A DNA stretch of 64,000 nucleotides from assembly GCA_001782075.1 (NCBI GenBank), contig MFNO01000022.1, forward strand, positions 9,540-73,539, written 5' to 3'. The position numbers and the translations under genes are program-made. This document shows positions 50,418 to 58,407 of the stretch, piece by piece. The DNA is from Candidatus Levybacteria bacterium RIFCSPHIGHO2_01_FULL_38_26. GTDB lineage: Bacteria; Patescibacteriota; Microgenomatia; Levybacterales; UBA12049. Below the pieces are notes generated by a model. It saw nothing but the letters and a program-made list of their open reading frames with translations. It searched no databases and had not been told where the DNA came from. Each line of letters begins with the position of its first letter. The first letter of the stretch is position 1.

Positions 50418-51382
50418 ATAAGAAAATGGTTTCTGCACCTGGAAAATTGATGCTCATGGGTGAACACGCAGTTGTCTATGATCATCCTTGTCTTGTGACT
50501 GCGGTTGATCAGAGAATGTGGGTTACCATTGAATTGATGGATAATCAAGAGTTTTGGCTTGAGGCAAAGGACGTCGGGATAAAAGAACACAAAAAAACAT
50601 TAAAAGATTTGGGGAAAGGTGGAATTCCAAAAGGAGCAAAATTTGTAGAATTAGCGGTTAAAAATATCATTGAAAAGTATTCCTTGAAATCGGGTTTTAA
50701 AGTGGTTACAAAATCAGAATTCTCAAGCGAGTTTGGATTTGGATCCTCTTCTGCGTCAACAGTTTGTACAATAAAAGCAATATCGGAGATTTTTAAATTA
50801 AATTTATCGCATAAAGAAATATTTGATATTTCTTATAAAACAGTTCTGGATATTCAGGGAAAAGGATCGGGATTTGATGTTGCCGCGTCAGTATATGGTG
50901 GAACATTATATTTCTTGACCGGAGGAAGAGCGATTAAACCATTTGGTATTAAATCCTTGCCTTTAGTTGTAGGATATAGCGGGGTAAAAGCAGATACGGC
51001 TCAGCTTATAAATAAAGTAAAAGAAGATTATTTCACTAAAAAAGATCGTCTTGATGAGATTTATAATAAGATTGAAGTTTTAGTTAATCAGGGAAAAGAT
51101 GCGCTTGTTAAAAGGGATTGGAAAGCGCTTGGCAAATTAATGAATAAAAATCAGGAATATTTAGTTGAACTTGGTGTTAGCAGTGGTATGCTTGATAAGA
51201 TGATTGAGGCTGTATTACAAGCCGAGGCATATGGCGCGAAACTTTCAGGAGCTGGCGGCGGAGATTGTATGATCGCGATTGTTTCGGAGGGCAAGAAAGA
51301 AGCTGTCAAAAGAGCCATTTTAAGCACTGGGGGAACAATAGTTAATGTTGAAACAGATGCGGAAGGAGTTAAAGTAGAATAA
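50414..51382 (+). CDS. second GHMP kinase, probable phosphomevalonate kinase
   Basis: SAPGKLMLMGEHAVVY and GFGSSSAST motifs; sits between mvk and the decarboxylase. Confidence 0.55.
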   Translation: MNKKMVSAPGKLMLMGEHAVVYDHPCLVTAVDQRMWVTIELMDNQEFWLEAKDVGIKEHKKTLKDLGKGGIPKGAKFVELAVKNIIEKYSLKSGFKVVTKSEFSSEFGFGSSSASTVCTIKAISEIFKLNLSHKEIFDISYKTVLDIQGKGSGFDVAASVYGGTLYFLTGGRAIKPFGIKSLPLVVGYSGVKADTAQLINKVKEDYFTKKDRLDEIYNKIEVLVNQGKDALVKRDWKALGKLMNKNQEYLVELGVSSGMLDKMIEAVLQAEAYGAKLSGAGGGDCMIAIVSEGKKEAVKRAILSTGGTIVNVETDAEGVKVE

Positions 51383-51385
51383 ACA

Positions 51386-52363
51386 ATGAAAGCGACAGCA
51401 GTTGCGCCGTCAAATATTGCTTTTATTAAATACTGGGGCAAAAAAGATGAGGGATTAAGAATTCCTTTGAATGGAAGTATTTCTATGAATTTAAGCAATC
51501 TTTTGACTACGACAACCGTCGAGTTTAACCCAAAATTTAAAAAAGATGCAGTCACAATTGATGATCAAAAAGAAGACGAAGCAAAAAACAGGGTAATTAA
51601 ACATTTGGATAGAGTAAGGAAAATTGCAAAAATAAATGATAGGGCAAAAGTTGTTTCGGTCAATAATTTCTCGACAAGCACTGGTCTTTCATCATCAGCG
51701 TCCGGTTTTGCTGCTTTGACCCTTGGCGCCTCATGTGCAGCAGGGTTAAATTTGTCAGAAAAAGAATTATCGATTCTTGCAAGAGTTGGTTCAGGATCTG
51801 CGTGTCGTTCTATTCCTGATGGTTTTGTTGAGTGGTTTCCTGGAGAAACAAACGAAACCTCTTATTCTGTATCATTTTTTCCTCAAGATTACTGGGATAT
51901 TGTTGATGTTGTTGCGATAATTAGTAAAGATAAAAAAGAAGTTCCAACAACAGCGGGTCAAAAATATACAAAAACTAGCCCCTTTCTCCCAACTCGTTTA
52001 GAACGAATAGAAGAGAAAATAAAATTAGTTAAAAAATATATTCAAGAAAAAAACTTTTCTCTTTTTGGAGAATTGATTGAGCAGGAAGCATTAGAGCTTC
52101 ATTCTATTATGCTGACGTCAAAACCACCGCTTATCTATTGGTTGCCAGAAACTTTGAAAGTAATGCATGCTGTTATAAAGTGGAGGCAAGAGGGGTTGCA
52201 AGTTTATTTTACTATTAATACAGGCCAAAACATTCACCTTATCTGTCGAGAGAAAGATTTGAAAAAAGTTATGGTCAGAATAAAAGAGTTATCAGTAGTA
52301 ATAAAAACAATTATTAACAATCCAAGCAGAGGCGCAGACTTGACAACATCTCATTTATTTTAA
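51386..52363 (+). CDS. mvaD: diphosphomevalonate decarboxylase family
   Basis: NIAFIKYWGKKDE and STGLSSSASGFAAL motifs. Confidence 0.8.
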   Translation: MKATAVAPSNIAFIKYWGKKDEGLRIPLNGSISMNLSNLLTTTTVEFNPKFKKDAVTIDDQKEDEAKNRVIKHLDRVRKIAKINDRAKVVSVNNFSTSTGLSSSASGFAALTLGASCAAGLNLSEKELSILARVGSGSACRSIPDGFVEWFPGETNETSYSVSFFPQDYWDIVDVVAIISKDKKEVPTTAGQKYTKTSPFLPTRLERIEEKIKLVKKYIQEKNFSLFGELIEQEALELHSIMLTSKPPLIYWLPETLKVMHAVIKWRQEGLQVYFTINTGQNIHLICREKDLKKVMVRIKELSVVIKTIINNPSRGADLTTSHLF

Positions 52364-52367
52364 AATT

Positions 52368-53087
52368 TTATTTTCCAAACCTTCTTTGTCTGTTTGAGTA
52401 TTCTTGGACAGCGAAATCGATATCGTCTTCGTTTAGATCCGGAAAGTGTTTGTCAAAAAAAACATACTCTGCATAAGCTGCCTGCCAGATCATAAGCCCC
52501 GATGTTCTTTGTTCCCCGCTTGTTCTTATAATCAGATCTGGATTCGGATGCGGTTGGTCATGCGTGTCTAGAAATTGATTAAAATTCTTCTCATCTAAGT
52601 TTTGAACTTTGAACTCTTGCTCTGAGCGACGTCGAAGAGTTGAACTTTGAACTTTCTTGATTGCTCGGATTACTTCATCGCGTCCTCCATAGTCAAGAGC
52701 GACATTTAAAATATATTTTTTGAAATCTTTTGTTTTTTCTTCACTTTCTGTAATTTTTTTAAGCAAACTTTTAGGAAGCCTGTCTTTTCTTCCAAGGTGA
52801 ACCACTCGTATTTCTTCTTTTATGGACTCCTTTAGATTTTTTTCTATGAATATTTCATATAGTTTCATAAGATACCGAACTTCTTCTAGAGCTCTTTTCC
52901 AGTTTTCGGTCGAGAATGCCCAAAGGGTGAAGGTGTTTATTCCCAAAGTCCTTACTTTTCGTCCGATCTTTATCGCAGTGTCAAACCCAATCCTATGTCC
53001 CTCAAAGGTAGGTTTGTTACGAGATTTTGCCCATCTCCTGTTGCCATCTGGAATTATAGCCAAATGATTTGGAATGGTAAGTTGCAT
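52368..53087 (-). CDS. uppS: undecaprenyl-diphosphate synthase (cis-prenyltransferase)
   Basis: HLAIIPDGNRRWA and the C-terminal RFG motif. Confidence 0.9.
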   Translation of the reverse strand: MQLTIPNHLAIIPDGNRRWAKSRNKPTFEGHRIGFDTAIKIGRKVRTLGINTFTLWAFSTENWKRALEEVRYLMKLYEIFIEKNLKESIKEEIRVVHLGRKDRLPKSLLKKITESEEKTKDFKKYILNVALDYGGRDEVIRAIKKVQSSTLRRRSEQEFKVQNLDEKNFNQFLDTHDQPHPNPDLIIRTSGEQRTSGLMIWQAAYAEYVFFDKHFPDLNEDDIDFAVQEYSNRQRRFGK

Positions 53088-53120
53088 ATTGTAAAATGGA
53101 GTATATCATAATATAATACT

Positions 53121-53807
53121 ATGATGGCAGCAAGGAAAGCGACTAGCAAAAGGACAAAATCCACAAATGTTTCCGCCTGGGAACCCAACAAAGAAACCTT
53201 TGCCTCGGGAAGAAAATCAAGACAGCTTTTCAGCAAACGAAATGTTTTCATTGCCCTTGGGATAGTAATAATTGTTGGAATTTTGTATTATTTCAGAGGT
53301 TTGTTTGTGGTCGCTTTAGTCAACGGTCAGCCAATAACTAGGTTTGAAGTAATCCAAGAGCTTGAGAAACGAGGTGGCGAGCAGACATTGTCATCTCTTG
53401 TTACACAAGCACTTATTGTTCAAGAGGCAGGAAGGCAGGGGGTAAATGTCACAGAAGCAGAGATCGATGAAGAAGTCAAAAAACTTGAGGATACTCTTAA
53501 ACAGCAAGGGCAGAATCTTGACGATGCGCTCATGTTTCAAGGAACAACTAGAGAGAAATTTAGAGAACAAATTCGTGTACAGAAACTTGTTGAAAAAATG
53601 TTGGCAGATGAAATAAAAGTAACAGATAAGGAAATTACTGATTATATTCAACAGAATAAAGATACTATTCCAGCAACCATGAGTCCTTCTGAAGTAACAT
53701 CAAGCGCAAAACAAGCATTGGAAGATCAAAAAATGTCTGTCAAAGTACAGGAGTGGCTGCAAAAATTACAGGAGGCTGCACAAATTCAGTACTTTGTTAA
53801 TTACTAA
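53121..53807 (+). CDS. membrane-anchored SurA-N/PpiD-like chaperone domain protein
   Basis: Single N-terminal TM helix followed by a helical region resembling the SurA N-terminal chaperone domain; assignment tentative. Confidence 0.35.
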   Translation: MMAARKATSKRTKSTNVSAWEPNKETFASGRKSRQLFSKRNVFIALGIVIIVGILYYFRGLFVVALVNGQPITRFEVIQELEKRGGEQTLSSLVTQALIVQEAGRQGVNVTEAEIDEEVKKLEDTLKQQGQNLDDALMFQGTTREKFREQIRVQKLVEKMLADEIKVTDKEITDYIQQNKDTIPATMSPSEVTSSAKQALEDQKMSVKVQEWLQKLQEAAQIQYFVNY

Positions 53808-54381
53808 TTTTTCTTCTGCTTATAATTCTTTCAAAGACCTGACTTATTAACATTCCAGTAAATAGCACGATTAAATAAATTGTCAAAAGGATTTGAAAAG
53901 GCGCGGGAGACGTCTTCATAATTCCCAAAATAAAAGCAGACCACCAAGATAGACTAGAAATAGACCCAAAGGCAAAAAACAATCTTCTTACCTCCTTGAT
54001 GTTTTCATCAGATGATGTCATCAATTCTCTAAAAGGGATAGATGAAAGTTTTGGAGAGATAAAGTGTAGAAAAAGTCCGTTGATAATTATCACAAATACA
54101 ACAAGCATCTTGGTCAAAAACTTTGCAGACTGAGAGTATTTATCGATATCTGAAAGAAATAAAAATATTCCCGCTGAAACAATTACTAAAAGACCGAACC
54201 AAATTATTTTTGAAAAAGCCCTTAAAATATTTATCTCTATTTTTGTAGCATTAAGGTTTTTTAGAAGTTTTAGGAAAAATACATCTGCAATCATTACCGT
54301 CCCAAAACTCACAAACACTCCGAAAAGATGAAGCGTTGTGAATAAAACTTTGTTCTGCTGTGCAAACCCAATTAAGTCCAT
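53797..54381 (-). CDS. hypothetical membrane protein (5 TM)
   Basis: Hydrophobic profile only. Confidence 0.3.
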   Translation of the reverse strand: MDLIGFAQQNKVLFTTLHLFGVFVSFGTVMIADVFFLKLLKNLNATKIEINILRAFSKIIWFGLLVIVSAGIFLFLSDIDKYSQSAKFLTKMLVVFVIIINGLFLHFISPKLSSIPFRELMTSSDENIKEVRRLFFAFGSISSLSWWSAFILGIMKTSPAPFQILLTIYLIVLFTGMLISQVFERIISRRKISN

Positions 54382-54592
54382 GCAATTAATTTTAGCAGAA
54401 ACGGAAGGGATTTAATATAATATTAAACGGAAACTTGTCAGATCAGATTTTGAAAATATATCCTTCCTCGGAGCGCGCGACTCTTCCCGCAGTCGGATTT
54501 GCAAAATACGTGCCATCCTCCATTTCAACAATCTGAAAAAACTCAACCTCCCCAATTTTCCATCTCAAGCTATTCATTGTTTATAGATAAAT

Positions 54593-55381
54593 TTATTTCC
54601 TATCGGGATTTCTGTCGGGTTTTAAAAGATAAGATGAGATAGTATCATCGACTCCAGCATGCTGTATCCCTTCTATTTTAAAATGTCTGAATCCAGTAAG
54701 TTCATCAATACTTATTCCTTGATAAAAAACTTCTCTGTTTTCCTCGGAAGTCCTGCATATAATTCTTGAGTCAGAACCGGTATGTTGCCAAATATTATCC
54801 ATAATATTCTGTTTTGGCTTTGCAAGAAGAGCAACAAAAATTACTTTGTTACCATGTGTAGAGCCCTTTTGTCCGGTTGAGTTAACTACGCTTATTTTTT
54901 CACTCATGCCCAATTTTTCGATTACTTCTCTTGATCTGCTAACTACCTCGTCATTTTGTTCATAGCACTCAACGTTCGCGCCGGTCATTCTAGAAATAAG
55001 GATAGGAGATATTGTGAATGGGCCACTTCCTATAAACAAAACTCTGTCATCTTCTTTTACTTTTGCGAGTTCGGTTTCTTTGGCAATCAGCCGCTTAAAT
55101 CTATCGTACAGAGGGTATTCTTCTTCAGAATTTGTCTCACCTGATAGTAATTTTTGAGCAAATTCATTCTCCAAATTTGTTTCAAATTGTTCATAAAGAG
55201 CCTGTAATCTTTTTAAAGTATTTCTGTTTGCTAGATCGGAAACATCAGGATCTTTTAAATTGTCACTTTGCAAAAACATCTCATCCAGTCGAAAGCAGGC
55301 ATTTCTCACAGCTGAAGGGTCTTCAAGATTGGTACTTGCCAGTTGGCTGATTTCGGGTATAAGCTTTGGTATTTCGGTCAT
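54593..55381 (-). CDS. nicotianamine-synthase-like protein (short archaeal-type NAS fold; SAM-derived aminoalkyl transferase)
   Basis: ...YPLYDRFKRLIAKETELAKV...RVLFIGSGPFTISPILISR...ANVECYEQNDEVVSRSREVI follows the NAS pattern (FPYY.NY..L...E..LL....kVAFVGSGPLPLTSIVLA....T.F.NFDID..AN..A), and the size (about 260 aa) matches archaeal NAS homologues. Confidence 0.5.
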   Translation of the reverse strand: MTEIPKLIPEISQLASTNLEDPSAVRNACFRLDEMFLQSDNLKDPDVSDLANRNTLKRLQALYEQFETNLENEFAQKLLSGETNSEEEYPLYDRFKRLIAKETELAKVKEDDRVLFIGSGPFTISPILISRMTGANVECYEQNDEVVSRSREVIEKLGMSEKISVVNSTGQKGSTHGNKVIFVALLAKPKQNIMDNIWQHTGSDSRIICRTSEENREVFYQGISIDELTGFRHFKIEGIQHAGVDDTISSYLLKPDRNPDRK

Positions 55382-55394
55382 TGTGAAAACAAAA

Positions 55395-55763
55395 TTATAT
55401 TTCCTGGTGGACCAGGTCTTTGGATTTGAAAAAATCTTTCGTGAACATCACTACTTTTTTTACGTCAAACTTCTTACAGCTGTAAATATCGGACGTAAAA
55501 AATTTGACTTTTCTCCAGGCATATACATGGCAGCCGGATTCTGTCCATGCGACAAAACCATTCAGCTCGTAGAGTGGCACATCTTGGTTATCCCATTTGT
55601 CTGGAGGCCAAGAGTAGGGACCAGAGAATATTCTCATCTTCAGGACTTTGGAAAGTTCTTTGAGATAATATTTTATTGTCTTACCATCGGCATTGATCCC
55701 ATAATGACCCTCAATGATAAGTCTTTGTCTGATAACACTCGGCTCTAAATTCTTCACACCCAA
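55395..55763 (-). CDS. S-adenosylmethionine decarboxylase-like pyruvoyl-dependent proenzyme (SpeH/SpeD class 1b-like)
   Basis: 122 aa; LIIEGHYGIN N-terminal strand; the putative Glu-Ser self-cleavage site in FVAWTESGCHVYAWRK aligns with the AdoMetDC LSESHISIHTWPE; SDIYSCK aligns with DVFTCG. Confidence 0.5.
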   Translation of the reverse strand: MGVKNLEPSVIRQRLIIEGHYGINADGKTIKYYLKELSKVLKMRIFSGPYSWPPDKWDNQDVPLYELNGFVAWTESGCHVYAWRKVKFFTSDIYSCKKFDVKKVVMFTKDFFKSKDLVHQEI

Positions 55764-55832
55764 ATTATACCATTTAACCTATTTACAATTGCTATTGAGC
55801 TCCAATGAGCGTATAATTTCGTTAACAAAAAT

Positions 55833-56846
55833 ATGGCTACTGTAGGAAGATCAAAAAGTGGAATTAATTACCTTGCTGAGTTGTTAAGAGAAGCACCTAA
55901 AACTCTTACAAAGGTTTGTTTCTGGAAAATACCACATAATACTGGAAAAGAAGATATTAGATTAAAAATAGGAAGATATAATAAAGACGGTTTTGAAACT
56001 TTGGAAACTAGACAACCTAAAAGCGAATTAACACTTGATCACGAGGAGTTTCAAAACTTGCTTAAATTTTTATCAGAAAATTATGAACCTTTCAAGAAGG
56101 GTGTTATGAAATACATTCCAATTGATGAAAAATTTGATGAAAAGAGCATAGATCACCTGAGGGCAATTTTTGCAAATCCTGATAAGCAAAAAGTTTTAGA
56201 TTTCGTAGCAGAGAATAATATTCTTCCTGTGGATCTAATTGCTTCTCTACAACATCAAATGCGAATAAATGCGGTTCGAGAATTTGAAGGTATGTTAAAT
56301 AAAAATTTACTCGAGCAAAAGTGGCAAGAATGGTTTGAAAGAAACGATTGGGTATTGGGCAGCGAGTTTGTAAAAATTCTCGATGAAAGGGAAATAGATA
56401 CATCAAACATCACGGACTATTTAATGCAAGCATACGATGGATTTTTAGATATTATTGAAATAAAAAGACCAGAAGGAGATTTACAATTTTGGGCTGAAGG
56501 ACAAGATCACGGAAATTATGTGCCTTCAAACGACTTAACGAAAGCCATAACTCAAGCTACGAAATATATTTATGAAGTCGAACGAGAAGCGAATAGTATT
56601 AAGTTTTTGGAAAGGGTTGGAAATGTAAAAACCATTAAGCCACGCTGCATTTTAATTTTCGGAAGATCCAATGATTGGAATAATGAAAAAAGAGAGTCGT
56701 ATCGAATATTGAACTCAAGTTATCATAGCCTGACTATTATGACTTACGATCATGTATTAAGTAGGGCTAAAAGGATTTTGGGATTTAGTGGTAAGGAGGA
56801 AGCTGTTATGAAAGAAGATGTTCAACCAAAAGATGTATCCTTTTAG
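55833..56846 (+). CDS. Shedu-like antiphage defence nuclease (DUF4263, PD-(D/E)xK)
   Basis: C-terminal domain with AYDGFLDIIEIKRPE (D...ExK core), ILIFGRS and the terminal LTIMTYDHVL block typical of DUF4263/SduA; variable N-terminal domain. Confidence 0.6.
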   Translation: MATVGRSKSGINYLAELLREAPKTLTKVCFWKIPHNTGKEDIRLKIGRYNKDGFETLETRQPKSELTLDHEEFQNLLKFLSENYEPFKKGVMKYIPIDEKFDEKSIDHLRAIFANPDKQKVLDFVAENNILPVDLIASLQHQMRINAVREFEGMLNKNLLEQKWQEWFERNDWVLGSEFVKILDEREIDTSNITDYLMQAYDGFLDIIEIKRPEGDLQFWAEGQDHGNYVPSNDLTKAITQATKYIYEVEREANSIKFLERVGNVKTIKPRCILIFGRSNDWNNEKRESYRILNSSYHSLTIMTYDHVLSRAKRILGFSGKEEAVMKEDVQPKDVSF

Positions 56847-56938
56847 ATATGCAAAATAAATCTTTTTTTGAACTAAAAACTAGGGGAATTTGGAGACGGT
56901 TCTTAGAAAATTTATTTACTAATCCAAAAGTTGTTTAG

Positions 56939-57511
56939 TTATGCTTTTGGGGGTTTTCCTTCATGACCATCTGAAATTGTTCTCCGAATGTCTTCGAGCG
57001 CGCTTCTGTCTTTTTCACTTAGGTCATCATTGCCACGAATGGTACGAAATGGATTTACTTCAAGCGAATCAGCCCTTCCCTCTTTACTTCTTCTTTCTAT
57101 TTCAAGATCAATAATGTTTGCATTGCCATCTTTAGATATTCGAGCCAGTTCTTTACCGGAGAATACAAAGTTGGAGATAGGTCTGGGTTTTCCTTCCCTT
57201 GCCATTATTTGATCTCCACTGTAATGTTCGCCTGCAATCTCGTCTGAAATATCAACTACTATCAAAAATCCTTTTTCTCCTGCAAAACCACGTGCCATTT
57301 CTTCATCATCGGTAAAGAATTGGGAACCGGCGATTTTTGCAAGTTTTGCCCATCTTCCAAAACGTTCTGATCCCATTCTGTTGATAACATCAATAGGATT
57401 TTTTGTCCCTTCCGAAGCAGCTTGTTTTGCAGTATTTAGCTCATTCCATTCATTTTCAAGTTTTTCATCAAGAATTTCTGGTTTTTCCTTATATCCTCTA
57501 TATAGTTTCAT
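56939..57511 (-). CDS. hypothetical soluble protein
   Basis: 190 aa, charged, no motif recognised; lies between the Shedu-like gene and tag. Confidence 0.3.
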   Translation of the reverse strand: MKLYRGYKEKPEILDEKLENEWNELNTAKQAASEGTKNPIDVINRMGSERFGRWAKLAKIAGSQFFTDDEEMARGFAGEKGFLIVVDISDEIAGEHYSGDQIMAREGKPRPISNFVFSGKELARISKDGNANIIDLEIERRSKEGRADSLEVNPFRTIRGNDDLSEKDRSALEDIRRTISDGHEGKPPKA

Positions 57512-57668
57512 TGACTTAATGATACCATAATTATTTGAAATATAGGAAGTTGGGGTTATTTTGGAAAAGATTTATTTGATAGTCAAAATTGAAATATTTT
57601 TAACCTCTGTAAATATCGTGGGTGCCGATTTTATAGCTTTGAACATCGGGTGTTGATTGGCTTAGAGA

Positions 57669-58238
57669 TTATATTTCGTTATATCGGAAGCATTGTAGCT
57701 GGTGGTCGTTTACCATGCCAACTGCTTGCATGAAAGCATAGCAGATGGTGGGGCCGACGAATTTGAATCCTCTTTTGAGTAAATCTTTGCTCATTGTTTC
57801 CGCTTCTTTTGTCCTGGTTGGATAATCATCTAGATTTTTGAAAGAATTTTTTATAGGTTTGTAATTTACAAATCCCCATATATATTTGTCAAAACTTCCG
57901 AACTCTTTTTGGACGAGTATAAATGATTTTGCATTTTGAATTGCAGCAGCGATTTTTAATCGGTTTCTGATGATACCGCTATCGGCAAGAAGGGAATTGA
58001 TTTTTTTAGAGTCATATTTTGCAATTTTCTTTATATCAAATAAGTCAAAAGCTTTTTTGTAATTTTTTCTTTTCTTCAAAATAGTCATCCAGGATAACCC
58101 TGCTTGTGCGCCTTCAAGAATTAACATTTCAAATAATTTCTTGTCATCATGTACCGGTATTCCCCATTCAAAATCATGATATTCTATATCAAGCGGATCA
58201 TTACCGACCCACTCGCATTTGTTTTTATCATTTTTCAT
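57669..58238 (-). CDS. tag: DNA-3-methyladenine glycosylase I
   Basis: CEWVGNDPLDIEYHDFEWGIPVHDDKKLFEMLILEGAQAGLSWMTIL matches the Tag family. Confidence 0.85.
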   Translation of the reverse strand: MKNDKNKCEWVGNDPLDIEYHDFEWGIPVHDDKKLFEMLILEGAQAGLSWMTILKKRKNYKKAFDLFDIKKIAKYDSKKINSLLADSGIIRNRLKIAAAIQNAKSFILVQKEFGSFDKYIWGFVNYKPIKNSFKNLDDYPTRTKEAETMSKDLLKRGFKFVGPTICYAFMQAVGMVNDHQLQCFRYNEI

Positions 58239-58275
58239 ACAGAAGCAATATTAAGACTTTGAGCTTGTCGAAAAG

Positions 58276-58346
58276 TCGGGATGCCGTGAATCGGACACGG
58301 ACTACCGCACCCCCAGCGCGGCGTACTACCACTATACTACATCCCG
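58276..58346 (-). tRNA. tRNA-Pro (anticodon GGG), 71 nt before CCA
   Basis: Hand-folded cloverleaf on the minus strand: acceptor CGGGATG/CATCCCG (7 bp), U8, D-stem GTAT/GTAC with a GG-containing loop, anticodon stem CCGCG/TGCGG with loop CTGGGGG (U33, anticodon GGG), 4-nt variable loop, T-stem CCGTG/CACGG with loop TCCGATT. This is a GC-rich island in AT-rich DNA. Confidence 0.6.
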
Positions 58347-58407
58347 TTCTGCGGAGCAGAATTTGACCTCTTGCATTATAACAAAAAAATGTTAGTATTA
58401 GAACCAA

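Noticed and set aside
54420-54600. GC-rich patch as a structured ncRNA
   Set aside because: Only a short CGACT/AGTCG hairpin was found. The region is better explained by the possible 54-aa ORF or the NAS-like gene's 3' UTR. Evidence is insufficient either way.
53797-58346. Calling the tRNA-adjacent block a bona fide integrative element
   Set aside because: No integrase, recombinase, or repeat of the tRNA 3' end was found. It is kept only as a hypothesis in the findings.
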